A stretch of DNA of 64,000 nucleotides from Desulfurococcales archaeon (lineage in GTDB: Archaea > Thermoproteota > Thermoprotei_A > Sulfolobales > Desulfurococcaceae): NCBI GenBank assembly GCA_027022365.1, contig JALVYU010000026.1, positions 64,001 through 128,000 on the forward strand. The letters are read 5' to 3'. Both the position numbers and the translations under genes were made by a program. Under the pieces are notes generated by a model. It searched no databases. It was not told the origin of the DNA and saw only the letters and a program-made list of their open reading frames with translations. Of this stretch, positions 48,210 through 58,470 are shown piece after piece. Each line of letters opens with the position of its first letter. Position 1 is the stretch's first letter.

Positions 48210-50072
48210 TCATTTGGCTTCGACTTTTTCCTCTCTTACTGCTTTTTCCGCTACTAGTTTCTTGGCCCTTCTCGCCAGTTCTCTGAGTATGTCGTTCTTT
48301 GTTATTATGCTCACAATGTCGCGTTCCTCGCTAAGGACTGGTATTCCGTTGAGGTTTGCTTCTTTCATCATGTCGATTGCCTTAGTTATCAGTGTATTCG
48401 GCGGTATATAGTTCTTGTACGGCACCATTACATCCATCGCTAGTAGTGGTGTTATCTTAACGTATCTTCCCTTCCTCGCTGCTCCTCTGACTAGTTTTCG
48501 TACCCAGATCAACCTCCTGCTCTTTACTCCCCTAACCGCGTCTTCGAACGCTACGAATGGCAGTCTATTAGCGGAAACTACTCCGACAACCTGTGACCCA
48601 TCGTATACTGTAAGTGCATCGATGTAGAGCGCTTTCATCTTGTTGACAGTATGGTAGAGGCTGTGGAATGGATGTACAGAGGCTATCTTGCCTGGCAGGA
48701 TAATGTTCTCTACGAGCAGGTCTCCCATTAGCTTCTTAGCAGCATCGATGACCTGGTCCTTGGTGATGAAGCCTACTATGTCACCCCGCTCATTGACGAC
48801 AAACACAACCTCGGATTCGCTGTTCACCATATCCAACGCTATATCCTCGATAGGCGTGTCGGGCTTGACCCGGGGCACATTCTTAGACATTATATAGTCT
48901 ATGAAGTACCTGTCCTTAGTCCTGCGCCTCCATAGAGGACCCTTAATTCCTAGGGCATAAAGCATGTTCCACTTGGTGACTACGCCAACGATCTCTCCAT
49001 TCTCGTCAACAACGATAAGGTAGTCCGTGCGCCTCCTAAGCATCTCCTTCCTAGCATGTTCAACGGTGTCATTGATTGTGATCGCGGGGAGCTCGTCAAC
49101 CATAATATCGGAGGCCTTGATCCCCGCCCTCTCAGCAATAGTCGGCTTCTCGACAAGCACCTGTGCAAGCATCTTTTCACGGGTGACATAGGAGAACCTC
49201 TCTTCTGTTGCGACAGGTATCGGCATGGGTGCCCGTACTGGTACTGGTGCTCTGCCTGGCTTTGCTCCCTCAAGGTATGCCTGTACCACGTCCTCATAGG
49301 TGAGTATACCGACTACATATCCACTCTTATCAACAACTGGTACTAGGGGCAGGTCTAGCCGGGCCATAGCCTCCGCTACAGGCTCGATGGGCATGTCGCT
49401 CGTGGCAACCATGACTCCTCTTAGCATTATCCGCTTAACCTTAGCTGGGCTCGTAATGTGTTGCTCACTCTCTCGGTGGAAATACCACCTACCAGTCCTC
49501 AAGAGCTCCTTATATGTGAGGATACCTTGCGGTATTGGCTCCTCCTTACTCCTAACTACAACAACGCCCTCCTGGCCATGAAATACTATTCTGCTCCAAA
49601 CACGGTTGACGCGATCGTCGGGTAGCACTGTGTATTTATCAATATCTTTTACCTTCATGATTTCTCCAACACTCTTGGCTAGAGGCTTATAGCCAGTCTT
49701 AATCAAGTAGTTAAGCATATCATTATAGGTGACTACACCGACAAGCCTCTTCTTCTCGAGATCACTGACAATTGGAGCCCCTATGCTCTTAAATCTGCGG
49801 AGCTCATTAAACACCTCGCCCAGCATCATATTCTGGTCGAGGAGCGGGTGTTCTCGGATGGCATCACGTACACGAATAGTACCGTGGTGACTGGTAACCA
49901 TCAACAACTCTATTGGTGTCAAGAACCCTATTACACGGTCCTCAATAGGATCAGATGTTACTGGTACTATGGTCTCCTCTACCCTTCTAGCTCTGCTTCT
50001 AACAACGGATACGGGTAGTCCTAGATCCCTCACTATTAGTCTTGGCTTCCTGGCAATCTCCCAGATCCTCAT
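48210..50072 (-). CDS. multi-CBS domain protein
   Basis: Repeated PVVD..G.VVGILT..D CBS motifs. Confidence 0.88.
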   Translation of the reverse strand: MRIWEIARKPRLIVRDLGLPVSVVRSRARRVEETIVPVTSDPIEDRVIGFLTPIELLMVTSHHGTIRVRDAIREHPLLDQNMMLGEVFNELRRFKSIGAPIVSDLEKKRLVGVVTYNDMLNYLIKTGYKPLAKSVGEIMKVKDIDKYTVLPDDRVNRVWSRIVFHGQEGVVVVRSKEEPIPQGILTYKELLRTGRWYFHRESEQHITSPAKVKRIMLRGVMVATSDMPIEPVAEAMARLDLPLVPVVDKSGYVVGILTYEDVVQAYLEGAKPGRAPVPVRAPMPIPVATEERFSYVTREKMLAQVLVEKPTIAERAGIKASDIMVDELPAITINDTVEHARKEMLRRRTDYLIVVDENGEIVGVVTKWNMLYALGIKGPLWRRRTKDRYFIDYIMSKNVPRVKPDTPIEDIALDMVNSESEVVFVVNERGDIVGFITKDQVIDAAKKLMGDLLVENIILPGKIASVHPFHSLYHTVNKMKALYIDALTVYDGSQVVGVVSANRLPFVAFEDAVRGVKSRRLIWVRKLVRGAARKGRYVKITPLLAMDVMVPYKNYIPPNTLITKAIDMMKEANLNGIPVLSEERDIVSIITKNDILRELARRAKKLVAEKAVREEKVEAK

Positions 50073-50245
50073 ATTTAATCACCCATAGAATACTATGATA
50101 CAGAGCACTTACACTGATCCAATATGGATTATCCCGTAGAGCCAATATAAAACTGTGGTTTAATAAAATAGAGAATTAATAATGTAAAACAGAAAGCCCT
50201 GGATAACCTATAAAAACTCCTCTCGATAATCCATTATGTCTGGAT

Positions 50246-50348
50246 GCCGCCGTAGTATAGCCCGGCCAAGTATGCGGGCCTTTCGAGCAGAAAAATAATA
50301 GTACTGCGGAGAAAGCCCGTGACCCGGGTTCAAATCCCGGCGGCGGCA
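50246..50348 (+). tRNA. tRNA-Glu(TTC) with 28-nt intron (50286-50313)
   Basis: Cloverleaf, CT-TTC-G anticodon loop; CCA not encoded. Confidence 0.92.
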
Positions 50349-50453
50349 CTCTGTTTCATTCTATCATTGGTGACTATTATATATGATCACTATTGCGCAG
50401 AATGGGTAAAAAATTATTTACCCGGATAACTAAATATTTACCAGTGATGCATT

Positions 50454-50696
50454 ATGCCTATACCTCCAGACATAGCTGGATTATTCGATATAATCGTATG
50501 GGTACTCCTACTATTCTCGACAATCATCGTAGGTGTAATCGTGGCAGAACACCTATTAACAAGCCTGAGAAAAACGACGGTATCAACGAGCACCACCAAT
50601 ACCGATGGAAGAGATGAAATATTCAGGGAGCTCTTACAAAAGATACGCGACCTCAAACGAGAAATCAGATGGTTGAGAGAAGAATTAAGGGATTAA
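50454..50696 (+). CDS. small TM + coiled-coil protein
   Basis: One TM helix and a charged C-terminal helix. Confidence 0.6.
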   Translation: MPIPPDIAGLFDIIVWVLLLFSTIIVGVIVAEHLLTSLRKTTVSTSTTNTDGRDEIFRELLQKIRDLKREIRWLREELRD

Positions 50697-50708
50697 ACCA
50701 TAAAATAG

Positions 50709-51074
50709 GTGCTTCGTCCGCCATATAATTATTGTTCGATGAGGTCAGAGCCTATGGCCGATGAAGACAATAATATGGATAATTACATTTATTTATTCAA
50801 GGCACTATCAAATCCTATAAGGCTCAAGATCCTTGCTCTTTGCTCGCAGAAGCCCATGACCAGCAAAGAGCTACGTGTAGCCCTAGGTATATCTAAGCCT
50901 CTACTATTAGCACACCTAAAGATATTGATTAAAGCAGGCCTCATACAGTATGATATAGAGATAGATAGTGAGAGAGGGCTGATTAGGAAAAGATACCGTG
51001 CCGCAAAGATCAGGTTCTATATCGATAACGATGTTATCCAGAAGATCGTGGGTTTTAATAAGACAAATACATAG
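50709..51074 (+). CDS. ArsR-family regulator
   Basis: FKALSNPIRLKIL...HLKIL.KAGLI. Confidence 0.85.
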   Translation: MLRPPYNYCSMRSEPMADEDNNMDNYIYLFKALSNPIRLKILALCSQKPMTSKELRVALGISKPLLLAHLKILIKAGLIQYDIEIDSERGLIRKRYRAAKIRFYIDNDVIQKIVGFNKTNT

Positions 51075-51105
51075 GCGTAAACAAGATATTATTTAATGGG
51101 TGTAG

Positions 51106-51618
<513 letters not shown>

Positions 51619-51621
51619 CCC

Positions 51622-52194
51622 CTAAACAGGAAAACTATTTTTATTGAGAAGCCCTCTTCTCAGAATTTCCTCGACCAGATCCTTATCTTCACCTACGCTA
51701 TCCCTTATATCGACACCGTCTCTGATAGTCTCAATATATTCCCAGGGAAATAGAACCCACTGGCTAGTCTCCTCGTAGTAGTAGTCCGGCGAAATAGTTC
51801 GCTGGGGCTTAACAAACAATGTGAGACTCCTTATTTCTTTAGCCTCATATCTTGACAGCTCCTCTATTACTAGCTGAAGAGTCCTACCACTTTCGACAAC
51901 ATCGTCCACTACAAGAACATTTAGCCCGGCTATCATATGTGTGGGCGGCAATGTCAGATGTGGTTTAGCCATCCTTGTCCCGACAGCTTTGTAGAACTTC
52001 ACACCGATAAATCCGATCTCATCTACTTGCACCAGATCCGATAGTATTCTTGCAGGTATTAATCCTCCCTTAAGAACAGCAAAGATTATGTCGGGGATGA
52101 AGCCATCTCTGTACAGTCTTTTAGCCAACATTATTAGAGCTCTATGAAGCTCTTTCCAGGACATATATCTTATGGATATATTCTCGCTCGCCAT
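51622..52194 (-). CDS. type I phosphoribosyltransferase (purine salvage-like)
   Basis: LKGG, VLVVDDVVESGRT and FPWE motifs. Confidence 0.88.
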   Translation of the reverse strand: MASENISIRYMSWKELHRALIMLAKRLYRDGFIPDIIFAVLKGGLIPARILSDLVQVDEIGFIGVKFYKAVGTRMAKPHLTLPPTHMIAGLNVLVVDDVVESGRTLQLVIEELSRYEAKEIRSLTLFVKPQRTISPDYYYEETSQWVLFPWEYIETIRDGVDIRDSVGEDKDLVEEILRRGLLNKNSFPV

Positions 52195-52292
52195 ATTCTA
52201 CGTTATTCAAGTACGTGTTTTTAAACCATTATACTTCCTTGATCAGGGTAGAATTTAATAGATATGAACCAATAAAATCTTGGAGTGGGCAC

Positions 52293-53900
52293 GTGGCAAA
52301 GACAAAATACGTGTTTATCACCGGAGGCGTTCTCTCAGGGCTGGGAAAAGGAATAGTCACAGCATCTACAGGTCTCCTGATAAAAAGCATGGGCTATAGC
52401 GTTACGGCAATCAAGATCGATCCTTATGTCAACGTCGATGCTGGCACCATGAATCCATTTATGCATGGCGAGGTCTTCGTAACAGAAGATGGTGGCGAGA
52501 CCGACCTAGACCTAGGCCACTACGAGAGATTTCTAGGAATCAACCTAAGCAAGGAAAACAATATCACGACAGGACAAGTCTACCTATCAGTGATCACAAA
52601 GGAGAGAAAGGGCGAATATCTAGGCAAATGCGTACAAATAATACCTCACATCACCGATGAGATAAAAAACCGTATACGGAGAATCGCCAGGGATAATGAA
52701 GCCGACGTAGTTCTGGTAGAGATTGGTGGAACTGTCGGAGATATAGAAAGCCTTCCCTTCCTCGAGGCAATAAGACAGATGCGCATAGAAGAAGGCAGAA
52801 ACAATACGGTCTCCATACACGTGGCACTAGCACCCATCCTATCCGTCACTGGAGAACAGAAGACAAAGCCTGTTCAACACAGCATACAAGAGCTGAGAAG
52901 AATAGGTATAATGCCAGACATAGTGGTTGTACGATCCCAGAGAGACCTGGAACCCGAGGCTCGAAGGAAAATAGTGTTATATTCTAATCTCCCAGTCGAT
53001 GCCGTGTTCGGCGATCCTGATGTTGATACAATATATGAGGTACCATTACTGCTTCACTCAAAGGGCTACACCCGATACATTGCAAGACTACTAGATCTAG
53101 AATACAGAGAACCCGATATCTCCAAGTGGGAAGAGTTCGTTAACCGGGTCAAGAACACTGGTAAGAAAGTAAGGGTAGCAATGATAGGAAAATACACAAA
53201 GCTCCACGACAGCTACATAAGCATAATCGAGGCACTCCGACACTCAGGGGCATGGAACAACGTCGGCATAGAGCTCAAATGGTATGAGTCGACAGAGATA
53301 GAGAGAGGAATGATCAAACCCGAGAAAATAGTTGAAGAGACAGATGCCGCTATCATACTCCCAGGCTTCGGGAAAAGAGGTGCAGAGGGAAAAATACACG
53401 CGATCAAAACGCTTAGAGAAAACAATAAACCGGTACTAGGGATATGTTTTGGAATGCAGTTAATGGTTATAGAGATATTCAGGAATGTTATTGGCTGGGA
53501 GAAAGCAAATAGCACTGAGCTTAACCCCAATACTCCTTACCCGGTAGTGGATCTCCTGCCAAGCCAATACAATGTAAAACATCTCGGAGGATCAATGAGG
53601 CTCGGAGCACATCCAATTAGAATTGTTCGAGACACAATAGCGTATAAGATGTATAATAAAGAATTGATCTACGAACGCCATAGACATAGATACGAAGTAA
53701 ACCCAAAGTATCTCGACAAACTAGAATCTGTGGGAGTACGTATTAGTGGATGGAGTATAGAGGAATACCCGGAATTCATAGAGATGAAACAGTATAAGAC
53801 AATATTCTTCGGGAGCCAGCCTCATCCCGAGTTCAAGAGCAGACCATTAGAACCGTCCCCTGTGTACACGTATTTTGTAAAAATCATTAAAAGGCAGTGA
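52293..53900 (+). CDS. pyrG: CTP synthase
   Basis: TGGVLSGLGKG, KTKPVQH, GICFG and QPHPEF motifs; start moved to the GTG at 52293. Confidence 0.97.
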   Translation: MAKTKYVFITGGVLSGLGKGIVTASTGLLIKSMGYSVTAIKIDPYVNVDAGTMNPFMHGEVFVTEDGGETDLDLGHYERFLGINLSKENNITTGQVYLSVITKERKGEYLGKCVQIIPHITDEIKNRIRRIARDNEADVVLVEIGGTVGDIESLPFLEAIRQMRIEEGRNNTVSIHVALAPILSVTGEQKTKPVQHSIQELRRIGIMPDIVVVRSQRDLEPEARRKIVLYSNLPVDAVFGDPDVDTIYEVPLLLHSKGYTRYIARLLDLEYREPDISKWEEFVNRVKNTGKKVRVAMIGKYTKLHDSYISIIEALRHSGAWNNVGIELKWYESTEIERGMIKPEKIVEETDAAIILPGFGKRGAEGKIHAIKTLRENNKPVLGICFGMQLMVIEIFRNVIGWEKANSTELNPNTPYPVVDLLPSQYNVKHLGGSMRLGAHPIRIVRDTIAYKMYNKELIYERHRHRYEVNPKYLDKLESVGVRISGWSIEEYPEFIEMKQYKTIFFGSQPHPEFKSRPLEPSPVYTYFVKIIKRQ

Positions 53901-53901
53901 T

Positions 53902-54330
53902 GACTTTTCAAGAATAATTCTTGCGTTCGATCCATATAAGAACGCGGAGATCGGAGAATTTATTGCTAAGCTTGTTCGGGCCAAAAAGTATATTGAAGGT
54001 ATAAAGGTAGGGCTATCATTCCTAATATGATAAGGGTTGCCGGGAGTTAGGGGTATTGTCGAAGAAGTATGTGACGTGTAACATATAGTGTTGGATACAA
54101 GCTAGCAGACATAGCACTCGTAATGATCCCCCATGTAGAGCCTTTCGGGATCAACCAGGGTTATCGATCTATCGCTGGCTACGATGATTAGAGAAAACTA
54201 TCATCCAAAGAGATAACTGTCAAAATATACTCGCTCCGGCATAGGTGGTCAAGGCATTGAGCCAGGCTCCGCATTGAAGGCTAGTGCAGACTACGAGATC
54301 ATAGGTGTTAGTGGTGTTGCGACTCTGAGG
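53902..54330 (+). pseudogene. pyrF: degraded orotidine-5'-phosphate decarboxylase
   Basis: Fragments RIILAFDP, GIKVG, KLADIA and IGGQGIEPGSALKASADYEIIG with stops, frameshifts and deletions. Confidence 0.75.
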
Positions 54331-54424
54331 GCCGTTGTAGAATTCATACTTGCACGAGCTTGTTGACATAGCACATAGAAGGTGACATATATAATATTAA
54401 ACGTGTAGATTAGAAATACTGGTT

Positions 54425-54493
54425 GCCCGATGACAGCCCGTCGGGTGTCGCCCGCATCGTCTGAGTGGTGACGAGTCCCTCGGCTAGGAGGGC
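54425..54493 (+). ncRNA. candidate C/D-box sRNA
   Basis: GCCC/GGGC terminal stem, D' CTGA 54461-64, C' GTGACGA 54468-74; C and D boxes degenerate. Confidence 0.55.
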
Positions 54494-56140
54494 TTAAGTA
54501 TTAATTATCGGTAGCCTATTAATGATCCATAGTACATCGAAGGGATATAGAACAGATAGATCAGGAGTAACTATTCTTGATACAGCGATGAAGCCTCTAT
54601 GTATAATATTATCTATGCGTTGTAGAAGAGAGGTTGTGTCAAGACATATACTTTCATGCATTAGCTTCTCAATTATCTTTGCCGCATAGTTGATTTGTCC
54701 TTTCTCTACTATCCTCGGATTGTCTACTAGTAAGTCGTAGTTTTGATTATTGAATTTTATCACGATCTTATCGTTTTTGGCCTTGATGCGTGTTTTTCTA
54801 GTTAGGCAGATCCTTCGGGTACGTGGTTTTTTGAAGCAGGCGGGTTTCTTAGGGTAGAGATCATTGTCTATGCGTATTTTCTGTGAAGGGATAATAGTCG
54901 GTCTATATTTACGCATGACTATGACTGTATCAGAGTGGGGTAGCATAGCTGAGGAGGCGCTCATTACTCCTACAATACTTATACCTTTATTCTTCATATC
55001 TGTGCATAGGCTTGTTAGGGGTGTTATAGGTTCTTCAATGATTATCTCATCCATGAACTTGTCCTTATATAGCAGATTTGTTGCTGCTGTGTCTTCGTCG
55101 AACAATACAATGTTCATGCCCGCCTCTATAGCCTCTGAAATACCTGCAGCCATACTTGTAGAGCCGCTTGCATTAAGCGTATGGAATTTCTGCGTGTCTA
55201 TTTGTGAAGGCAGGTTATTGATGAAAACCGATATGTCTACGCCATTAATTATTCTACCGTCCTCAGCCTTAACATACACGGCTTCGGGCAATGTTACAAC
55301 GTATTCTCGCCCATCACCGGGTATGTGGGGATAAATCCCTTCTATAATAGAATTGAGCAGCGTTGATTTGCCGTGAAAACCGCCACCAGTTATGACTGTT
55401 ATCCCAGCCTTTATCGCTAGGCCCTTCAGAACCTTGCCGTCCGGAAGCTCTATCTCTTCTGAGCAAGGTTTATCCACTATAAATGGTATGGCGTTTGGTA
55501 AGGGCTTATCACTTCTACTGGTTTTTCTCGGAAGTATGCTTCCATTAGCAATAAATGATATAAACTCGTTTTCTCTCAGCCATTTCCTAATGAAGAAATA
55601 ATCGTCATAGACCGTTACGTGCTTCTTGAGCTTTGCTCGGTATTTATTCGGAAAATCACCTATTTTGGAGAGTATTCCTACTAGGTATTCACGAAGCATC
55701 CTGGCGGCTATTCTACCTAGTACTCTCCTTCCTCTAGCAGGTAAGCCCACATATAGTCTAACCACAAGGCTTGAGCCGCGTGCTTCAGCACTAGATCTAT
55801 ATATGACGCATGGGCTGAGCCTGGGTATACCTATATAACCACTATTGCCTGTCCCCCGTTTGGCCGAGTATGTTCTTGAAGCTGAATGTATTATTCGTGA
55901 AACAAAATCTAAAATAGGCGTTCTTAGCTCCTTGATCTTATGTACCTTATATGGTATCTCAACCTCTAATACTGATGGAGGAGCATAAGGATCGCTCTGT
56001 ATCTTCGTGAACGTAGCTATACAGCCGCTTATCGAGAACTTTATACTCGATAACCTCTTGTAACTCTTATAGCCTCTACCATCTATCCTATAGAGCATCT
56101 CGATTACTTCTGCCAGGGGCACTATCCCCAATTTGTACAC
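54494..56140 (-). CDS. predicted ABC-class ATPase (COG3044-like)
   Basis: QSDPYAPPS, GGGFHGKST, AEDGR, NASGSTS and DEDTAATN motifs. Confidence 0.85.
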   Translation of the reverse strand: MYKLGIVPLAEVIEMLYRIDGRGYKSYKRLSSIKFSISGCIATFTKIQSDPYAPPSVLEVEIPYKVHKIKELRTPILDFVSRIIHSASRTYSAKRGTGNSGYIGIPRLSPCVIYRSSAEARGSSLVVRLYVGLPARGRRVLGRIAARMLREYLVGILSKIGDFPNKYRAKLKKHVTVYDDYFFIRKWLRENEFISFIANGSILPRKTSRSDKPLPNAIPFIVDKPCSEEIELPDGKVLKGLAIKAGITVITGGGFHGKSTLLNSIIEGIYPHIPGDGREYVVTLPEAVYVKAEDGRIINGVDISVFINNLPSQIDTQKFHTLNASGSTSMAAGISEAIEAGMNIVLFDEDTAATNLLYKDKFMDEIIIEEPITPLTSLCTDMKNKGISIVGVMSASSAMLPHSDTVIVMRKYRPTIIPSQKIRIDNDLYPKKPACFKKPRTRRICLTRKTRIKAKNDKIVIKFNNQNYDLLVDNPRIVEKGQINYAAKIIEKLMHESICLDTTSLLQRIDNIIHRGFIAVSRIVTPDLSVLYPFDVLWIINRLPIINT

Positions 56141-57085
56141 CTACCAGTACTCAGTGAACATCCACATATTTGCTGGCGTAGGCTTATCCATTATAGATGG
56201 AACGGTTTTTCCCTCATCTATCCTTTTAAGCGCCTGTCTTAAGGGAACCGCGTCTAGAGCAATGGTCGTCGCCAGTGCAGCGAGACCCTGGTATTTTCCC
56301 CAGCGTCTTCGATAGATTTTCGGGGCGTCTCTATCGCTGACGCGATATACATGTGCAATTATTCTTTTGAGCCAACGATCAATCGGTGCTCTCCAATATT
56401 CTCTCCTCGCGAGGATCATGGCTAGAGACGCAGTGTATTCGCCGATCCCCTTAATTGATACCAGATCATAAAATTCGATCTCACTACTAGGCTTCCCTAC
56501 GAATAGCTTGCCTACACGCATAATTGTTTCTGCACGATATCCTGTTTTAGCTTGGACAAGTAATTCGGGGTGCTTGAGAATATCATTGGGTGTAGGTGGA
56601 ACTAGCAACTCCTTATTTTCTACAAGTATTCTTCGTCCATAAAGCTTGATTATCGACGCCAGCATTTTCCATCCTTGAAGAAAACTAGCGTTCTGTTGAC
56701 AGACACCAATAACCGTTGCCCACCATAGATCTGATTGTCTGGGTCTCCATCCATAATATTTCTTAGCAAATTCGAAGAGAAGGGGATCTTTTAATGCTTT
56801 CTCGTAAAACTCCCTATAGCTGTTCCTGAGATCGAAAAATGAGACGATGATCCTTTCATCTATGTCGGCGCAGACGTTTTTTAAACTATAAACACACACC
56901 TCCACTTGATCCTTGTTGGTCTCCGCAACTAATACTGTATCACCTACCGCGAAACGCCCAGTTACCCCATCGTACTCCCACGGAAAACTGTATGCGCCAA
57001 GCACCAGTCTCCACGTTAGTTTCTCTGTAATCTTAAACGTTAAGCAGGGGACAACCAATCCATGCACCATACAAGAATCTGGCAA
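56141..57085 (-). CDS. HhH-GPD DNA glycosylase (AlkA/Ogg-like)
   Basis: CQQN, TGYRA, IKGIGEYTA and PID motifs. Confidence 0.8.
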   Translation of the reverse strand: MPDSCMVHGLVVPCLTFKITEKLTWRLVLGAYSFPWEYDGVTGRFAVGDTVLVAETNKDQVEVCVYSLKNVCADIDERIIVSFFDLRNSYREFYEKALKDPLLFEFAKKYYGWRPRQSDLWWATVIGVCQQNASFLQGWKMLASIIKLYGRRILVENKELLVPPTPNDILKHPELLVQAKTGYRAETIMRVGKLFVGKPSSEIEFYDLVSIKGIGEYTASLAMILARREYWRAPIDRWLKRIIAHVYRVSDRDAPKIYRRRWGKYQGLAALATTIALDAVPLRQALKRIDEGKTVPSIMDKPTPANMWMFTEYW

Positions 57086-57102
57086 GGAAAAGATATTATT
57101 AG

Positions 57103-57220
57103 TGGCGCCGGGGGCGGGATTCGAACCCGCGCGCCCCCCGAGGGGGCAGTGGGTCTCTCAGCTCGGGAAAGCCGGAAAAGGTCTCGAGCCCACCCCCTTA
57201 GGCCGCTCGGGCACCCCGGC
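57103..57220 (-). tRNA. tRNA-Ser(CGA) with 28-nt intron (57155-57182)
   Basis: Cloverleaf, long variable arm, CT-CGA-G anticodon loop, encoded CCA. Confidence 0.92.
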
Positions 57221-57336
57221 GTCTAGTCTAGAAATAAGTTTAGCGTGTCCCTTATTTATTTATATCAATTACAAGCTGGTGTTTTCCGTTATGAATATAA
57301 ACACTAGTTGCAAAATTACTTTTACCTAGGATATGC

Positions 57337-57424
57337 GCGGGGGTGCCCGAGCTAGGCCAAAGGGGCCGGGTTGAGGACCCGGTGGCGTAGGCCTGCGTGG
57401 GTTCAAATCCCACCCCCCGCACCA
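57337..57424 (+). tRNA. tRNA-Leu(GAG)
   Basis: Cloverleaf, TT-GAG-GA anticodon loop, variable arm, encoded CCA. Confidence 0.94.
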
Positions 57425-57449
57425 CAATTCTATGGCTTGGTGTTGATGG

Positions 57450-57731
57450 TTGCGTCACTTAATGGTGGAAATCAAGCAAAGGATTAGTAATTTTGACGAG
57501 TTCTCCGATAAGCTCCTCGAAAAGCTTAAGCCGAGGAGGTATTTAAAGACTAATGGTTTTGTTTCAACGCTTTTCCTCGTACTGGATGATTCTATTCTTC
57601 TTGTAAGCTATAATGGTGACAAAATCTACATAGATATCCATGCTTACGGCGATACTGACCCCGTTGAGCTGTTCTCTAAAATAGGAACGTTTGATAAGCG
57701 GCTGATAGTAGTACATTATATCGAGCGCTAA
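57450..57731 (+). CDS. small protein with degenerate AdoMet-decarboxylase-like fold
   Basis: RHLMVE...DS...YIDIHAYGDTDP...IER. Confidence 0.45.
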   Translation: MRHLMVEIKQRISNFDEFSDKLLEKLKPRRYLKTNGFVSTLFLVLDDSILLVSYNGDKIYIDIHAYGDTDPVELFSKIGTFDKRLIVVHYIER

Positions 57732-57991
57732 TAGATCATTATTCCGGCTTTCCCACTGAAATTCATAATCATAATAGATACTACGCGTCCATCCTTTATC
57801 CTCACTATTATGTCTTCATCCTTACTTAGGAACTCCTCGTCCGCCTCTTCTATGTCGTATCCGAAGTTGATGTACAGTATGTCGTTCTGCTTATCGTACT
57901 CGATCCATATCTTGTCCAGGTCTTTGATCGAATACATTTTTGCCTCGGGTTTATTCTCAGAATGCTCGGACAATCTAGAGCACCTTTCCAT
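57728..57991 (-). CDS. DUF2283 family protein
   Basis: YDKQNDILYI...G.VVSI.I. Confidence 0.75.
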   Translation of the reverse strand: MERCSRLSEHSENKPEAKMYSIKDLDKIWIEYDKQNDILYINFGYDIEEADEEFLSKDEDIIVRIKDGRVVSIMIMNFSGKAGIMIY

Positions 57992-58057
57992 GTGTTATCT
58001 CATTTTCTTGATTGGGGAATAATTGTTAGAGTGGTTATTTAAACATGTTTAAAAAAC

Positions 58058-58375
58058 TCAGAATGGAGCAATAACGATGTCGGCAAAGTCCACTGGTAAT
58101 GGGAGATTCCTAGATTTGTAGTACTCGTACTTTTCTTCGAGGAATTTGAGGAATCTTGGGCAATTATCATATCTACCGTCACGGTCGCATTTCTCGCCTA
58201 GCGCTATGAAGCACATACCTGTTTTCTTGTCATAGTACGGGCATATCTTGTGGTGGTGCTTGGCGCTTCTCAGCATACGCTGTATCCAGCGCTGTTTCTC
58301 ACTCGTGTTTTTCTCGGATTTTTTCTCGAGGGCTTTCTGGAGCTCGTCGTCTGAAACATATGAGCCTGCACACAT
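58058..58375 (-). CDS. conserved Cys-rich hypothetical protein
   Basis: CPYYD...C....C......C pattern; GGAGG RBS. Confidence 0.7.
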   Translation of the reverse strand: MCAGSYVSDDELQKALEKKSEKNTSEKQRWIQRMLRSAKHHHKICPYYDKKTGMCFIALGEKCDRDGRYDNCPRFLKFLEEKYEYYKSRNLPLPVDFADIVIAPF

Positions 58376-58470
58376 AGTTTATCGCCTCCTCCGATAAAAT
58401 CGTAGAGATTATTGGCAACACTGTATTGCCTAATATAAGCTAGATGTATTCAAAAACTTATAAGAATATC

